In this document: positions 1 to 9,896 of the stretch, one piece after another | Layout of the letters: every line of letters starts with the position of its first letter | Position numbering within the stretch: the stretch's first letter is position 1 | Assembly: GCA_964605975.1 (NCBI GenBank) | Contig: CAZSER010000002.1 | Span: 1 to 43,059 of the forward strand | Length of the DNA: 43,059 bases | Direction: 5' to 3' | From: an uncultured Gammaproteobacteria bacterium | GTDB lineage: Bacteria > Patescibacteriota > Patescibacteriia > UBA11705 > JABHMO01 | The notes under the pieces: model-generated | What the model was told of the DNA's origin: nothing | Databases searched by the model: none | Seen by the model: only the letters and a program-made list of their open reading frames with translations | Made by a program: the position numbers and the translations under genes

Positions 1-87
1 TCAAATTTGAGATCTTTTTTGCTTGTGGATGGAAATTTTTCCATAGTTTTTTTATAAATAAAAAACTAAATTACAACTAAAAATTTT

Positions 88-879
88 TTAATCGATATTG
101 ATCAAACGATTCTTTCCCACAATTAAAGATAATTGCTTTTTCTCTACGATAATATCTAACGGAGTTTTTAAAACACGAAAACCATCTACTAATACTGGTA
201 GATATTCAAAACTTTTGACTTTAAAATTTTCTGCCGAAATAAGACTGTCCAAAAATAAATCATTTTTTGCTTTGGACAAAAACCAACTTTTTTTCTTTTC
301 CTTTTGATAAATTAACATTTCCAAAACACCATCTTGCGGACTCAATCTCAATAACCTTTTGTCAATTTTTTCTTGTTCCGTTGGTAAATAAAAATTATTT
401 ATCTCCACCAATCCACATCCAGAACGAGGAATAATCTTTATTTTATCCTTTTCCACAGAGATTCTTTCTAAATTTTTATCTATGGAAACTTTATTAAAAA
501 AATACTGACCATTAACTTTTCCTAAATCAACTTTTACCACCTTTCGCGATGACAAAATTTCACAAGCATCCAGCTCGCTACCAATCCCCAAAAAAGAAGC
601 AATGTTATTATCACTTCCCACAGGAATAATCCCCAAGGTAATGTTGTTTTTGGCAACGGCATCAATAGCTTTCAAAAAGGTTTTGTCATTTCCTACCACC
701 ACGACCGTAGTAACACCTCTTTTCACTTCATCATTTATTAGCTCATCTATACTTTTTAACAAAGTAAGTTTTTCATTTTTCCCTTGAATTTCTAAATCTA
801 AAAGACGAGTTTTGATTAAATCTAAACTCTTTTCATATTTTTGCTCTTGTAAAAAGGTATCGTAAAGATAGTAATACAT
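88..879 (-). CDS. Diacylglycerol-kinase catalytic-domain family lipid kinase (YegS/BmrU-like)
   Basis: 263-aa ORF. VVVVGNDKTFLKAIDAV is a variant of the GGDGT loop. It is followed by LGIIPVGSDNNIASFLGI and VDLGKVNGQYFFN, in the order typical of DAGK_cat proteins. Confidence 0.7.
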   Translation of the reverse strand: MYYYLYDTFLQEQKYEKSLDLIKTRLLDLEIQGKNEKLTLLKSIDELINDEVKRGVTTVVVVGNDKTFLKAIDAVAKNNITLGIIPVGSDNNIASFLGIGSELDACEILSSRKVVKVDLGKVNGQYFFNKVSIDKNLERISVEKDKIKIIPRSGCGLVEINNFYLPTEQEKIDKRLLRLSPQDGVLEMLIYQKEKKKSWFLSKAKNDLFLDSLISAENFKVKSFEYLPVLVDGFRVLKTPLDIIVEKKQLSLIVGKNRLINID

Positions 880-899
880 AAAAAGCGGTTATCCGCAAA

Positions 900-1289
900 C
901 TATTCTTCCGCCTGAATAACAGAAGAAACAGTTGAACCATCCATTGAGCAATTCCCATTAAAAATAGCTCCCGAAGCAATAGTAATTGTTTTGGTTTTGA
1001 TATTCCCATTGACAACAGCCGAAGAACTAAGTTCTATTTTTTCCAAAACGGTAATATTACCATTAACTGTTCCAGAAATAAAAGCTTCTCGAGCATTTAC
1101 TTCTGCCGAAACTTTGGCTTTTTCACCAACTCTCAAAGAGTTATCAGTTTTAACCGTTCCGCTTACCTCTCCTTCAACAATAATACTTCCTTGACTAGCT
1201 AAATCTCCTTCAATTTTAATAGTACTACCAATAACCGTATCTTCGGCACCTTGGTTTTTATAATCTTCCGCATCGTTTGATCTGAACAT
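900..1289 (-). CDS. Bactofilin (polymer-forming cytoskeletal protein, CcmA-like)
   Basis: 129-aa ORF with a repetitive beta-helix pattern: IEGDLASQGSIIVEGEVSGTVKTDNSLRVGEKAKVSAEVNAREAFISGTVNGNI...VVNGNIKTKTITIASGAIFNGNCSM. Confidence 0.8.
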   Translation of the reverse strand: MFRSNDAEDYKNQGAEDTVIGSTIKIEGDLASQGSIIVEGEVSGTVKTDNSLRVGEKAKVSAEVNAREAFISGTVNGNITVLEKIELSSSAVVNGNIKTKTITIASGAIFNGNCSMDGSTVSSVIQAEE

Positions 1290-1358
1290 AAAATTTCTTT
1301 TATTATTCTTCCCCCTCCAAAAAATTATTAAATTTATAAAAAACTTTCAATTATCAAT

Positions 1359-3068
1359 TTACATCTCTTGCAAAGTCTCAATATTTAGGATTCCCAAGCC
1401 CTGTTGCAAAACCTCCTTTGTTTTCAAACAAAGCATCAATCTCATTTTCTGTAATTTATTTTCTGCCGAAAGAACTGGGCAATTATGATAAAAAGAGTTA
1501 AAAAGTTGCCCCAGCTCCAACAAATAAACACTCACACCAACCAAAGAATCAGTTTTGTCCGCCTTTTCAATAACTTCCGAAAACTGTCCAATTTTTTGTA
1601 ATAATAATCGCTCATTTTTATCTTGTAAGATTTTCCAATCCAGTAAGTATTTTGCTGGTTTTTTCTTTTTTAGAATTGAATTTATTCTAGAAATCACATA
1701 CAACAAATAAACACCAGAATCACCATCAAAAGATAACGCTTTTTTGACATCAAAAACAATAACACTGGAATTATCATATTTCAAAAGGAAAAACTTAATC
1801 CCTGCTAAGGCGATTTTCGAAGCAGTTTGTTCTATTTTTTCCTTTTCCCAATCACTATGTCGTTGCTCGGTCTGCTTCAAACTTTCATTTAAAACTTCCT
1901 GATAAAAATCATTAAAAATTACCACATTCCCCTTGCGAGAACTCATTGCACCATCTGGCAAAGTAACAAAATCATAATCAATATGAACTTTTTTCTTGTG
2001 TTCATATCCCAAAAGATCCAATAATTTAAAAACTTGTTTTAAATAAAGAGATTGTCTTTTGTCAACAATATAATAACTTTCTTCTACTTTGTATTGATTA
2101 AACTTTTTGATTCCAAGGGGTAAATCTTTGGCTCCATAGAGAAGATTTCCATCCGATTTAATCAAAACCAAAACATCCAATCCATGTTCTCGCAAATCGG
2201 CAATTACCGCACCATCACTATTTTTAATCTCCGCTATTTTTTTATTTTCTAATAAATTTTCTAACATTTTTTTGCCTGCGAATTCCTCTTCACTTTCAAA
2301 AAACCATAAGTCAAAAGAAATGTTTAACAGTTCATATACTTTTTGAAAATAATGTAAACTGGCATCTTTTGTTTGTTTCCAATCATTAAAAATTTTATTT
2401 TCTTCTTCACTTAACTTTTCTCGATTATTTTTTTTGTTTATTGCCTGATCAATAAGTCGATGAATCACTGAAACCTCTTCTGCTAACTTCTCGTTTTTTG
2501 ACAAATCTTCAACGGCTTCTGCGTAAATTTTGCCAAAAACATCACTCTTATCTACGGGCAAAACACCTTGATATTTCTTGTAAAAAAACCACAACCATTT
2601 CGCCACATGAGAACCACTATCACCAATATAATTAGCCGAAAAAACCTCTCTTCCACAAAATCTTTTTAAATTAACCAAAGAAGCTCCCAAAACGGCATTA
2701 CGCAAATGACCTATATGAAACTCTTTGTGCGTGTTCGGCTGAGAATACTCAATCATTATTTGTCCCGGCACCTTTTTATAGTTCGTCCTTCGACAAAGAA
2801 TTTTTTTGTTAAAATATCCCGCTAAAAAGTAAAAATTAACATAAGGACCAACGGCTTCAATTTTGGAAAGTTTTTTATCAACAACTTTACTAGAAATTTC
2901 CGTAGCTAATTCAATCGGATTTTTTTTCATTTTTCTAGCCAATTCAAAACAAGGGAGAGCCAAATCGCCCATTTCACCATTAGGAGGATAAGAAAAAACA
3001 GCAGGATCTATAACATATCCATAGTTTTGTAAAATTTTAACCAAATCTTTTTTTATTTGCGTAAACAT
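1359..3068 (-). CDS. argS: Arginine--tRNA ligase
   Basis: 569-aa ORF. Class I HIGH motif (NTHKEFHIGHLRNAVLG), MSSRKGNVV in the KMSKS position, and a C-terminal DALR-type anticodon-binding helical region. Confidence 0.9.
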   Translation of the reverse strand: MFTQIKKDLVKILQNYGYVIDPAVFSYPPNGEMGDLALPCFELARKMKKNPIELATEISSKVVDKKLSKIEAVGPYVNFYFLAGYFNKKILCRRTNYKKVPGQIMIEYSQPNTHKEFHIGHLRNAVLGASLVNLKRFCGREVFSANYIGDSGSHVAKWLWFFYKKYQGVLPVDKSDVFGKIYAEAVEDLSKNEKLAEEVSVIHRLIDQAINKKNNREKLSEEENKIFNDWKQTKDASLHYFQKVYELLNISFDLWFFESEEEFAGKKMLENLLENKKIAEIKNSDGAVIADLREHGLDVLVLIKSDGNLLYGAKDLPLGIKKFNQYKVEESYYIVDKRQSLYLKQVFKLLDLLGYEHKKKVHIDYDFVTLPDGAMSSRKGNVVIFNDFYQEVLNESLKQTEQRHSDWEKEKIEQTASKIALAGIKFFLLKYDNSSVIVFDVKKALSFDGDSGVYLLYVISRINSILKKKKPAKYLLDWKILQDKNERLLLQKIGQFSEVIEKADKTDSLVGVSVYLLELGQLFNSFYHNCPVLSAENKLQKMRLMLCLKTKEVLQQGLGILNIETLQEM

Positions 3069-3084
3069 TTATTTCTTCTAACTA

Positions 3085-3525
3085 TTAATAAGTAGAATCT
3101 TTGAGATCTTCTACCGGCGACTCCGAAGCAATAACCAGCAGTTCCTCTGGATCATCCGACAACAAAGTCAAATCAGCATCTTCCTCTAACAATAAAACTT
3201 TTGTTTTTTCTTTGATGATTTTTTCCTTTAATGGTTTTGCTTCATCAGAATTACCAATTTTTTCTATCAATAAATTTGGCTGAACTTCCTTGATAATCTC
3301 CATGAATTTTTCATCATCCTTTTTAGAGTGAATTTTGGGATTGGCAAAACCTAAATCCTTGATAGTTTCATTTAACTTTTTTAACTCCAAAAACTTATTT
3401 ATACCGGTTATAAATTCTATTTCCGCTCCTCGTAATAACCACTCATTTAATTTTTCTTTAACACCATTAAGCGGATTATTATTGCTGTCAATTATTAATT
3501 TTTCGATAAAAACAACTATTTTCAT
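3085..3525 (-). CDS. Hypothetical protein (146 aa, acidic C-terminus)
   Basis: Clean ORF packed between argS (16-nt gap) and tyrS (5-nt gap) on the same strand. No motif recognised. Confidence 0.5.
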   Translation of the reverse strand: MKIVVFIEKLIIDSNNNPLNGVKEKLNEWLLRGAEIEFITGINKFLELKKLNETIKDLGFANPKIHSKKDDEKFMEIIKEVQPNLLIEKIGNSDEAKPLKEKIIKEKTKVLLLEEDADLTLLSDDPEELLVIASESPVEDLKDSTY

Positions 3526-3530
3526 ATTTT

Positions 3531-4718
3531 TTATTTTATTTTTATAAAAAATCTTTTACCCTTTTGAATCACATCTCCAGTTCGCAAAACGACAGTGCCA
3601 TCAGAACAAATCTGGTCATTTATCTTAACGCCATTTTGCTCTATATTCCGCTTGGCATCAGATTTCGAGGAAACCAATCCACTCTCAACCAAAACTTCCA
3701 CTAAACTTTTTCCAACCAAATCAAACTCTTTAATTTCCTCCGGTTTTTCCTTTTGAGAAAAAGTTTTTACAAAGTTTTCTACTTGTTTTTTGGCTTCCTC
3801 TGCACCATGATAAATCGCCACTACCGCCTCCGCTAACTCTAGCTTAAGATTTCGTGGATTTTCTCCCTCAGAAATTCGCTTTTTTACCTCCGCTAAACGA
3901 TCTTCGTCTATTTGAGTACACAAATCAAAACCATTAATAATCATCCCATCACTCCATGACATTACCTTACCAAATTTATCACCAGCAGAATCATCTAAAC
4001 GCAACATATTCCCTTCGGACTTTCCCATTTTTTTTCCAGAATCATCAGTCAAAAGTTTTGTCGTAATAACAAATTTTTCTTTGTTTTTGAGAGACTTCAT
4101 CAAAGTTCTTCCTGCCAACATATTAAAAGTTTGATCATTCCCGCCAACTTCACCATCAACATCCATGGCAACAGAATCATAACCTTGCATCAACGGATAC
4201 AAAAATTCATGCAGACCGATTGGTTTGCCTTCTTTTATTCTCTTTTCAAACATATCTCGTTCCAACATTTGTTGAACCGTAAAATTAGAAGCTAACTCTA
4301 TAACTTCCTGAAAATTCATCTTGTCTAACCAATCAGCATTGAATTTTATTTCTGCTGGATTTTCTCCTGCAAAATCAATCCAAGCGGATGCTTGTTCTTT
4401 GTATTTCTCACAATTTGCCAAAACTTGTTGTCGCGTTAATGGTTGCCTAACGGAAGATTTATCAGTCGGATCACCAATCATGGCCGTAAAACTCCCAATT
4501 AGCAGAATAATTTTGTGTCCTAACTTTTGAAACTGCGCCAACTTCATCAAAGGGATAGCATGACCTAAATGCAAACTTGGCCCTGTGGGATCAACACCCA
4601 AATACAAAGTGATTTTATGTTTTGAATTTAAAAGCTCTTCTAAAAATTTAGCTGTGGGGTAAATTTTTTCTACCCCGCGAGTCAAAACTTGTTTAATTAT
4701 TTCTTGGTTTTTATTCAT
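3531..4718 (-). CDS. tyrS: Tyrosine--tRNA ligase
   Basis: 395-aa ORF. GVDPTGPSLHLGHAIPL (HIGH), KMGKSEGN (KMSKS), and a C-terminal S4-like domain (SKSDAKRNIEQNGVKIN). Confidence 0.92.
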   Translation of the reverse strand: MNKNQEIIKQVLTRGVEKIYPTAKFLEELLNSKHKITLYLGVDPTGPSLHLGHAIPLMKLAQFQKLGHKIILLIGSFTAMIGDPTDKSSVRQPLTRQQVLANCEKYKEQASAWIDFAGENPAEIKFNADWLDKMNFQEVIELASNFTVQQMLERDMFEKRIKEGKPIGLHEFLYPLMQGYDSVAMDVDGEVGGNDQTFNMLAGRTLMKSLKNKEKFVITTKLLTDDSGKKMGKSEGNMLRLDDSAGDKFGKVMSWSDGMIINGFDLCTQIDEDRLAEVKKRISEGENPRNLKLELAEAVVAIYHGAEEAKKQVENFVKTFSQKEKPEEIKEFDLVGKSLVEVLVESGLVSSKSDAKRNIEQNGVKINDQICSDGTVVLRTGDVIQKGKRFFIKIK

Positions 4719-4804
4719 AAAGATTATTCAAATTTACAGTATTATTTTATCTTTTTTTTTATCATAAAGCAAATAAATTCCCTGTTTTTATCCCCGACTT
4801 TTTA

Positions 4805-4841
4805 AAAATCAAAAACAAAACAAGAAGATTATTCTTGTTTT
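4805..4841 (-). terminator. Rho-independent terminator downstream of the AAA+ gene
   Basis: Perfect 10-bp stem aaaacaagaa/ttcttgtttt (4817-4826 / 4832-4841) with a 5-nt loop. On the minus strand it is followed by a U-rich tract (gtttttgatttt). Confidence 0.6.
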
Positions 4842-4927
4842 GTCTTAAATTAGCTTTTTATTTAGATACTCCCCCACCAATAAAACCACTTCGCCTTCAC
4901 TAATTTTAATTTTTTTAAACAAAAACC

Positions 4928-7621
4928 TTAACTATTTTTTAATTTGTCCATCATTTCGACAGTTTTATCAAGACGCTCTTTTAATGTCACCAAAAAGCCT
5001 TCATTCTTAAAACCGTCTACATCATTATCTTCAAAGAAAGTAACTCGACGCAACAACTCTTCCAACTGCTTCTTTTCGGATTCTAATTTCAAAAATAGTT
5101 GGACTCTTTCTTCTGGTGTCATTTTGTTTGGATCAGGCATTACTTCTACTTCATTTGTAACTTTTTCTGGAATTTTTCTTGCCTGACCAGCAGGTTTTCC
5201 AAATAATAAATCCGCAACTTCTAATAAGTCATAATTTTTTCTTTTTACAAATTGACTATCATTTTTCTTAACACGAGTAATCGCATCAACTCCATATAAA
5301 AACTTTTTGTGTCCAGAAAAATTAACCAGCTCCTTCATCTCATTAAAATCAGTCGCCTCCGGCCAGTCAATTTCATCTTTTTCTTGAAAAAAGTTCCCGA
5401 CAATACTCAAGATTTTATAAATATACGCTTTTTCTTCTGGTCGCGCATCAGATTGTGAAACATAATAACGATACAAATAAACATCCAATGGAGAAGAAAA
5501 CCCGTCCTTTTTCCACTCACTCAAAATAGTGGCTAGTTCACGAAAAGTTAAAACATTTTCTTTCAAAACATCTCGCGGATCTATATTTGCACCACTGGAA
5601 TCCTTTAAATAGTAGTTTGTTTCAATTTTATTTCCCGAAAAAATATCCTGCAACCCCCTGGCGACAACAGCCAATCGATACAAAGCTTCTTCTCCCATTT
5701 TTTTATCTTCGGGCAAGGTCAAATTCCCATCATCATCCATTAAGCGAACAACCATCATATGAAAAAGTTCATTATTTGCCAATAATTTTCTTCTTTTTTC
5801 CATTTGTTGTTCAAAATTAGGATCTGTTTCCGAAATATTAATTAACCCCTCGCTATCAATAGCATTTGGCAAATAATCATATTTAATTTTATCAAAACGA
5901 GATAAGAAAGCAGAATCCATTGCTTGTCTTCCAATATAAACCTTATCCGTAGCTGGACGCCAATTACCAGTACAGATAAAAACAAAACCATCTTTGACTT
6001 CAAACGGTGGTAGATCATCTACCAAAGGCTTAACCAAATCGCCAGGTCTTCGAGTTAAAATTTCATTTAAAACAATCAATACATTATGCGGGATAGCATT
6101 AATTTCATCAATGATAACTGGACGCCCCTCCATCATGGCGCGATAAACTAACCCCAAATATCCCTTGGCTTCAATTGGATTTTTAAAAAAATCCTTCAAA
6201 GCATCAACATAAACGGCAACCAACTCTTCTACTCTATCCTCCGCCACGCTCTCTTCTTTTTTGCTTAAACGAAACGCCTCTATCTTATCACTAATTATTT
6301 TTGTTTGTTCTTCGGGCGTTCTCTTTATCACCTTTTCCATTTTAATTCCGCCCAATAGATCGGTAGTATCCGTATTTTTATTTCCAGAAATCACAAAAAC
6401 TTCATTTTTTAGCTCTTCATATTTAGCCAACCATTGTCGATATTTTTTTCTCCACTCTTTTAATTCTGCCGTTTTTTTACTAGTAGGCTGACTTCGGTAT
6501 TGTTCAAATTCTTTTACTGCTTTTTCATAATTTAATAATGCCTGATCAAAACTTTCTTGATCATCATAATCATCACGATCTGGATTAGGAAGAACTTCTG
6601 GTGCCTCCGGTTTCACTGGAGGAGGATTATCCTTCTTCCACCGTAGCAAGAACTTCTTGTTTAGCTGCGTTATAGACAAATGCCGAGCGACCTCCGTTTT
6701 ACCTGCCCCCTTTTCTCCATAAAGAAAAACCGGTCTTCCTTCTTCCAAAGAGTCCATGATTTCCGACATTTTTTCTAACACATACGGAGTTTCAACGACT
6801 CTCCTTCCTTTTCCTTCCGAAAAAACGGTCCGCATATCCATAATATTTTCAATCGCCACAGCATAATGAGCATCAACATCATCACGCAATAAAACATCTA
6901 ACTTTGTTTTTAATATTTTATAATCATTCTTTGCTTTATCCATGGTTTTATAATCACCACGCAAAGAAGCTCTCTCTCTTAAAGCCAACAAACTTTCTAA
7001 TCTTTTTTTTGTACGCTTTACCTTAACACCCATCCTAAAAATTCGATCTTTTTTAAATTCAAAAGTAGCAACATCTTCGTCAGTAAAATAGTTTTCACCA
7101 TCCTCATTGCCGGAGAGCTTGAGATATAGAGCTTTAATTTCAGCTAACTTCCCTACAATAAGTTCTATTTCTTGATTAACATAACTTTCTACTTCCTCCT
7201 TGTTTAAACTGTCTAAATCCTTAGTTGACAAAAAAAGCTGTTCTCTAATTTTTTTCTTGTTTATAAACTCCACACAACTTTGAGGATCAGAAACGGAAAG
7301 TCTATTCATTGTTAAACGACGATAACTTTTTTGAGAACTCCTTTCACTTTTTTCGATTTTTCTAACCACCTTACCATCATTACCAGAAGATAACCTTTCT
7401 TTTGGCAGTTTAACGCTCTTAATATTTTTTATTTCATCTCCACCAGATAATGCCTTCAAAAAAGGTCTAATATCTCTCCATAACCGGTGGTACTCTCGAT
7501 AGGTCTCGAAATACTCTTTCGCTTTAAGGAGCCTTGTTTCATAATTCTCAATTTCTTCTGGCGAAGCTTTTTCTCTCTCCTTTGCTTTTGGAATAGCAAT
7601 AAAATTTTCACGTAATACCAT
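4928..7621 (-). CDS. Large AAA+ ATPase, AAA_5/MoxR-like module with insertions, flanked by long N- and C-terminal extensions
   Basis: 897-aa ORF. Walker A GEKGAGKT (nt 6695-6718), Walker B PVIIDEINAI (about nt 6104-6118), sensor-1-like FVFICTGN, and an Arg-finger region DSAFLSRFDKI. ISGNKNTDTTDLLGG resembles the AAA_5 signature. Confidence 0.75.
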   Translation of the reverse strand: MVLRENFIAIPKAKEREKASPEEIENYETRLLKAKEYFETYREYHRLWRDIRPFLKALSGGDEIKNIKSVKLPKERLSSGNDGKVVRKIEKSERSSQKSYRRLTMNRLSVSDPQSCVEFINKKKIREQLFLSTKDLDSLNKEEVESYVNQEIELIVGKLAEIKALYLKLSGNEDGENYFTDEDVATFEFKKDRIFRMGVKVKRTKKRLESLLALRERASLRGDYKTMDKAKNDYKILKTKLDVLLRDDVDAHYAVAIENIMDMRTVFSEGKGRRVVETPYVLEKMSEIMDSLEEGRPVFLYGEKGAGKTEVARHLSITQLNKKFLLRWKKDNPPPVKPEAPEVLPNPDRDDYDDQESFDQALLNYEKAVKEFEQYRSQPTSKKTAELKEWRKKYRQWLAKYEELKNEVFVISGNKNTDTTDLLGGIKMEKVIKRTPEEQTKIISDKIEAFRLSKKEESVAEDRVEELVAVYVDALKDFFKNPIEAKGYLGLVYRAMMEGRPVIIDEINAIPHNVLIVLNEILTRRPGDLVKPLVDDLPPFEVKDGFVFICTGNWRPATDKVYIGRQAMDSAFLSRFDKIKYDYLPNAIDSEGLINISETDPNFEQQMEKRRKLLANNELFHMMVVRLMDDDGNLTLPEDKKMGEEALYRLAVVARGLQDIFSGNKIETNYYLKDSSGANIDPRDVLKENVLTFRELATILSEWKKDGFSSPLDVYLYRYYVSQSDARPEEKAYIYKILSIVGNFFQEKDEIDWPEATDFNEMKELVNFSGHKKFLYGVDAITRVKKNDSQFVKRKNYDLLEVADLLFGKPAGQARKIPEKVTNEVEVMPDPNKMTPEERVQLFLKLESEKKQLEELLRRVTFFEDNDVDGFKNEGFLVTLKERLDKTVEMMDKLKNS

Positions 7622-7640
7622 ATTTTTTATATTAATTTTC

Positions 7641-9896
7641 TTAATTATCCGAACTAAGAACTTCTATTTGAGTTAATGCTTTATCTATTTGTTGTGATAA
7701 TAAAATCACACATTTTTCGACATAATCTGAAACTGTTTCAACGACAACACCATCCCCATTCAAATCATCCTCTGCATTCCCATGAATCCCAAAAAATACC
7801 GTTCTCGCCTGCTCACTATAAGGCCCCCTTATTTTCTCACCTTTTTCGTCAATTATTGGAAGATCAATCAAAAAAGCTTTGGTAATTATAGTTTCTTTGT
7901 CTTTTCCTTTTAAAGCATGAATAATATTTCTTGTTTTTTGGGAATCACGAATAAGACCATCTGTTGTTTCCAAAGTAATATCAACCAATTTTCTTTCTTT
8001 AATTCTCTTTCTATCCTCTGGCAAAAAAGTTGCATCCACCAACTCCCAAGCAGGAAAACTTACTGTATCCTCATGAGAAGCATCCATTTTGGCAAAAGCA
8101 GCGTATCTCATAATTCGATCCTCTATTCCATTTCTCGCTTGCCCATTGCGCAATAAAGGTTTTACTTCTTTCATTTTATCTTCTTCACCCCAAACAATTA
8201 CTTGAGTATTAACCAAAATTGGAGGTTTTGTTAGATTTAACTCCCGAAAACGATTTTCTAATCGTGACTGAAATTCATTTAAAGCCTCCGAAAAAAGCAC
8301 CATCATTTGACGAGCCGAATGCATTATATCTCCTTTCATAGATCCCGAATTATCAAACAAAAACCGCAAACGAAACTCGTCCGGTTGTAATTTTAATTTC
8401 TCAATAAACTCTTTTCGTTCATAAGCCTCTAGTCTATCAAAGGGAATAAAAAAATCTTCCTCTTCACTAGAAAAAAAATGGCTGTACCTCTTTAATAATC
8501 TTTTGACATCCAACCTACCAGAATAAAAATATTTTTCCCAAGCAAAAGAAATCTGTTTTTCTATCGTATTAATTGCTCTCTCAAATATAGTTGCCAAATC
8601 ATCCCGATAAGGCTCAACTGACTTTTTTAACGCCTCATAACTCATTATATGCTCCGCTGTTACTCCCTCCGCAGTTAAGCGCTCTTGGTGCGCTCTGTAA
8701 AAATCTAGCGACTCCTGTCTATCATAATAATCTTTTTTTTGTTCTGGAGTTAATCTTTCATATCTTTTCTTTTTGTTTTCTTGTCTTTTTTTACTTCTAT
8801 CAAACTTCTTTCTCTCTTCAATAAATTTTTTAACCTCTTCAATATCAAAAGGCATTTCGGTTATTGAATTTTTATCAGGCTTTTTATTTGAGATTTTACC
8901 TTTACTTCTTTCACCCTCACCCTCACCCTTGTTGCATGGATCATCTAGTGGTATTTCCATGTCAGAGAAATCTAATTCTAATAAACGCCAAAATTCTGGC
9001 TCCAGAAACTGCTCTATTTTTGAGTATCTCAAAGAAGCCAAATCTTTTCTGTGTTTCAAGTTAGGATCAGGAGTGGTTATCTGTTCTGTAAGATCAGTCA
9101 AGCTTGTTCCAAAAAAGTTTTTAGACAAAGTATTATAAACATCCGGATGACATAAAATCCTCTGATCAGGAACCATTCTTTGACGCAAAAGAACTCCGCC
9201 AAACTGATCTACTCTCATTCCCATGAAAAAACACAGATCCTCAGCACCACTTTCTTCTCCCCTAGCCTTGGCTGGAAAAAGAAAGTCTCGATATAATCTC
9301 TTGACCATTGGAGAAGTCCCCGCACCAAACTGACTTAATTTAACCCCAACAAACCTATTAACATAAATATCATCCAAATAGTTATAAAATTTATTCCTTT
9401 GTGATGTTAAAAACAGTTCCAGTCCGGTCATTTTTTCTCCCGTTTTTTCGTCAATAACTCTTTCTTTATCTATCCATGCTGGTAATTTAGAAAATCGCTT
9501 ATTCAATATTTCACGAAAAAATGACGCTTTTTCTCTAGCCAGTTCTTTACTTTTTTGAAAGTTACTTAATAAACCCTCCGGATCTGCCACCAAATCAGCA
9601 AAGTGCGCTAATTCATGACAACATGCCCAAAGTGGAGCATCTTTCTCTCCATTAAGTTCATGTTTCCATTTAAAAAGCTCCAACCCCAACTGAACTTTCC
9701 CTTCCAAAAACTGAATATGACTGCCCTCTCCTACTTGATATTGCAAACTACTATCACCAGAAATAATATCTAAAATATCCTTATTAAAAGAAATGAAATC
9801 TTCCGCTTCTTTTCGCAACTCCTCTGGATTAATAATTCTTTTTTTCTTCGGAGTGCTTATTCTTTCTTCTGCCAAAAAATTAAAGCTCTTTTCCAT
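7641..9896 (-). CDS. HExxH (zincin-like) N-terminal region + C-terminal von Willebrand factor A (MIDAS) domain protein
   Basis: 751-aa ORF. CCHELAHFADL holds the HExxH (nt 9603-9617). LRFLFDNSGSMKGD holds the DxSxS MIDAS motif (nt 8340-8354), with a downstream ETTDG motif. A Lys/Glu/Arg-rich linker covers aa ~320-400. The gene lies 19 nt upstream of the AAA+ gene on the same strand. Confidence 0.7.
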   Translation of the reverse strand: MEKSFNFLAEERISTPKKKRIINPEELRKEAEDFISFNKDILDIISGDSSLQYQVGEGSHIQFLEGKVQLGLELFKWKHELNGEKDAPLWACCHELAHFADLVADPEGLLSNFQKSKELAREKASFFREILNKRFSKLPAWIDKERVIDEKTGEKMTGLELFLTSQRNKFYNYLDDIYVNRFVGVKLSQFGAGTSPMVKRLYRDFLFPAKARGEESGAEDLCFFMGMRVDQFGGVLLRQRMVPDQRILCHPDVYNTLSKNFFGTSLTDLTEQITTPDPNLKHRKDLASLRYSKIEQFLEPEFWRLLELDFSDMEIPLDDPCNKGEGEGERSKGKISNKKPDKNSITEMPFDIEEVKKFIEERKKFDRSKKRQENKKKRYERLTPEQKKDYYDRQESLDFYRAHQERLTAEGVTAEHIMSYEALKKSVEPYRDDLATIFERAINTIEKQISFAWEKYFYSGRLDVKRLLKRYSHFFSSEEEDFFIPFDRLEAYERKEFIEKLKLQPDEFRLRFLFDNSGSMKGDIMHSARQMMVLFSEALNEFQSRLENRFRELNLTKPPILVNTQVIVWGEEDKMKEVKPLLRNGQARNGIEDRIMRYAAFAKMDASHEDTVSFPAWELVDATFLPEDRKRIKERKLVDITLETTDGLIRDSQKTRNIIHALKGKDKETIITKAFLIDLPIIDEKGEKIRGPYSEQARTVFFGIHGNAEDDLNGDGVVVETVSDYVEKCVILLSQQIDKALTQIEVLSSDN

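Noticed and set aside
1-44. A possible minus-strand gene start (MEKFPSTSKKDLKF…) running off the left edge.
   Set aside because: Only 14 codons are visible, which is too little to support a call.
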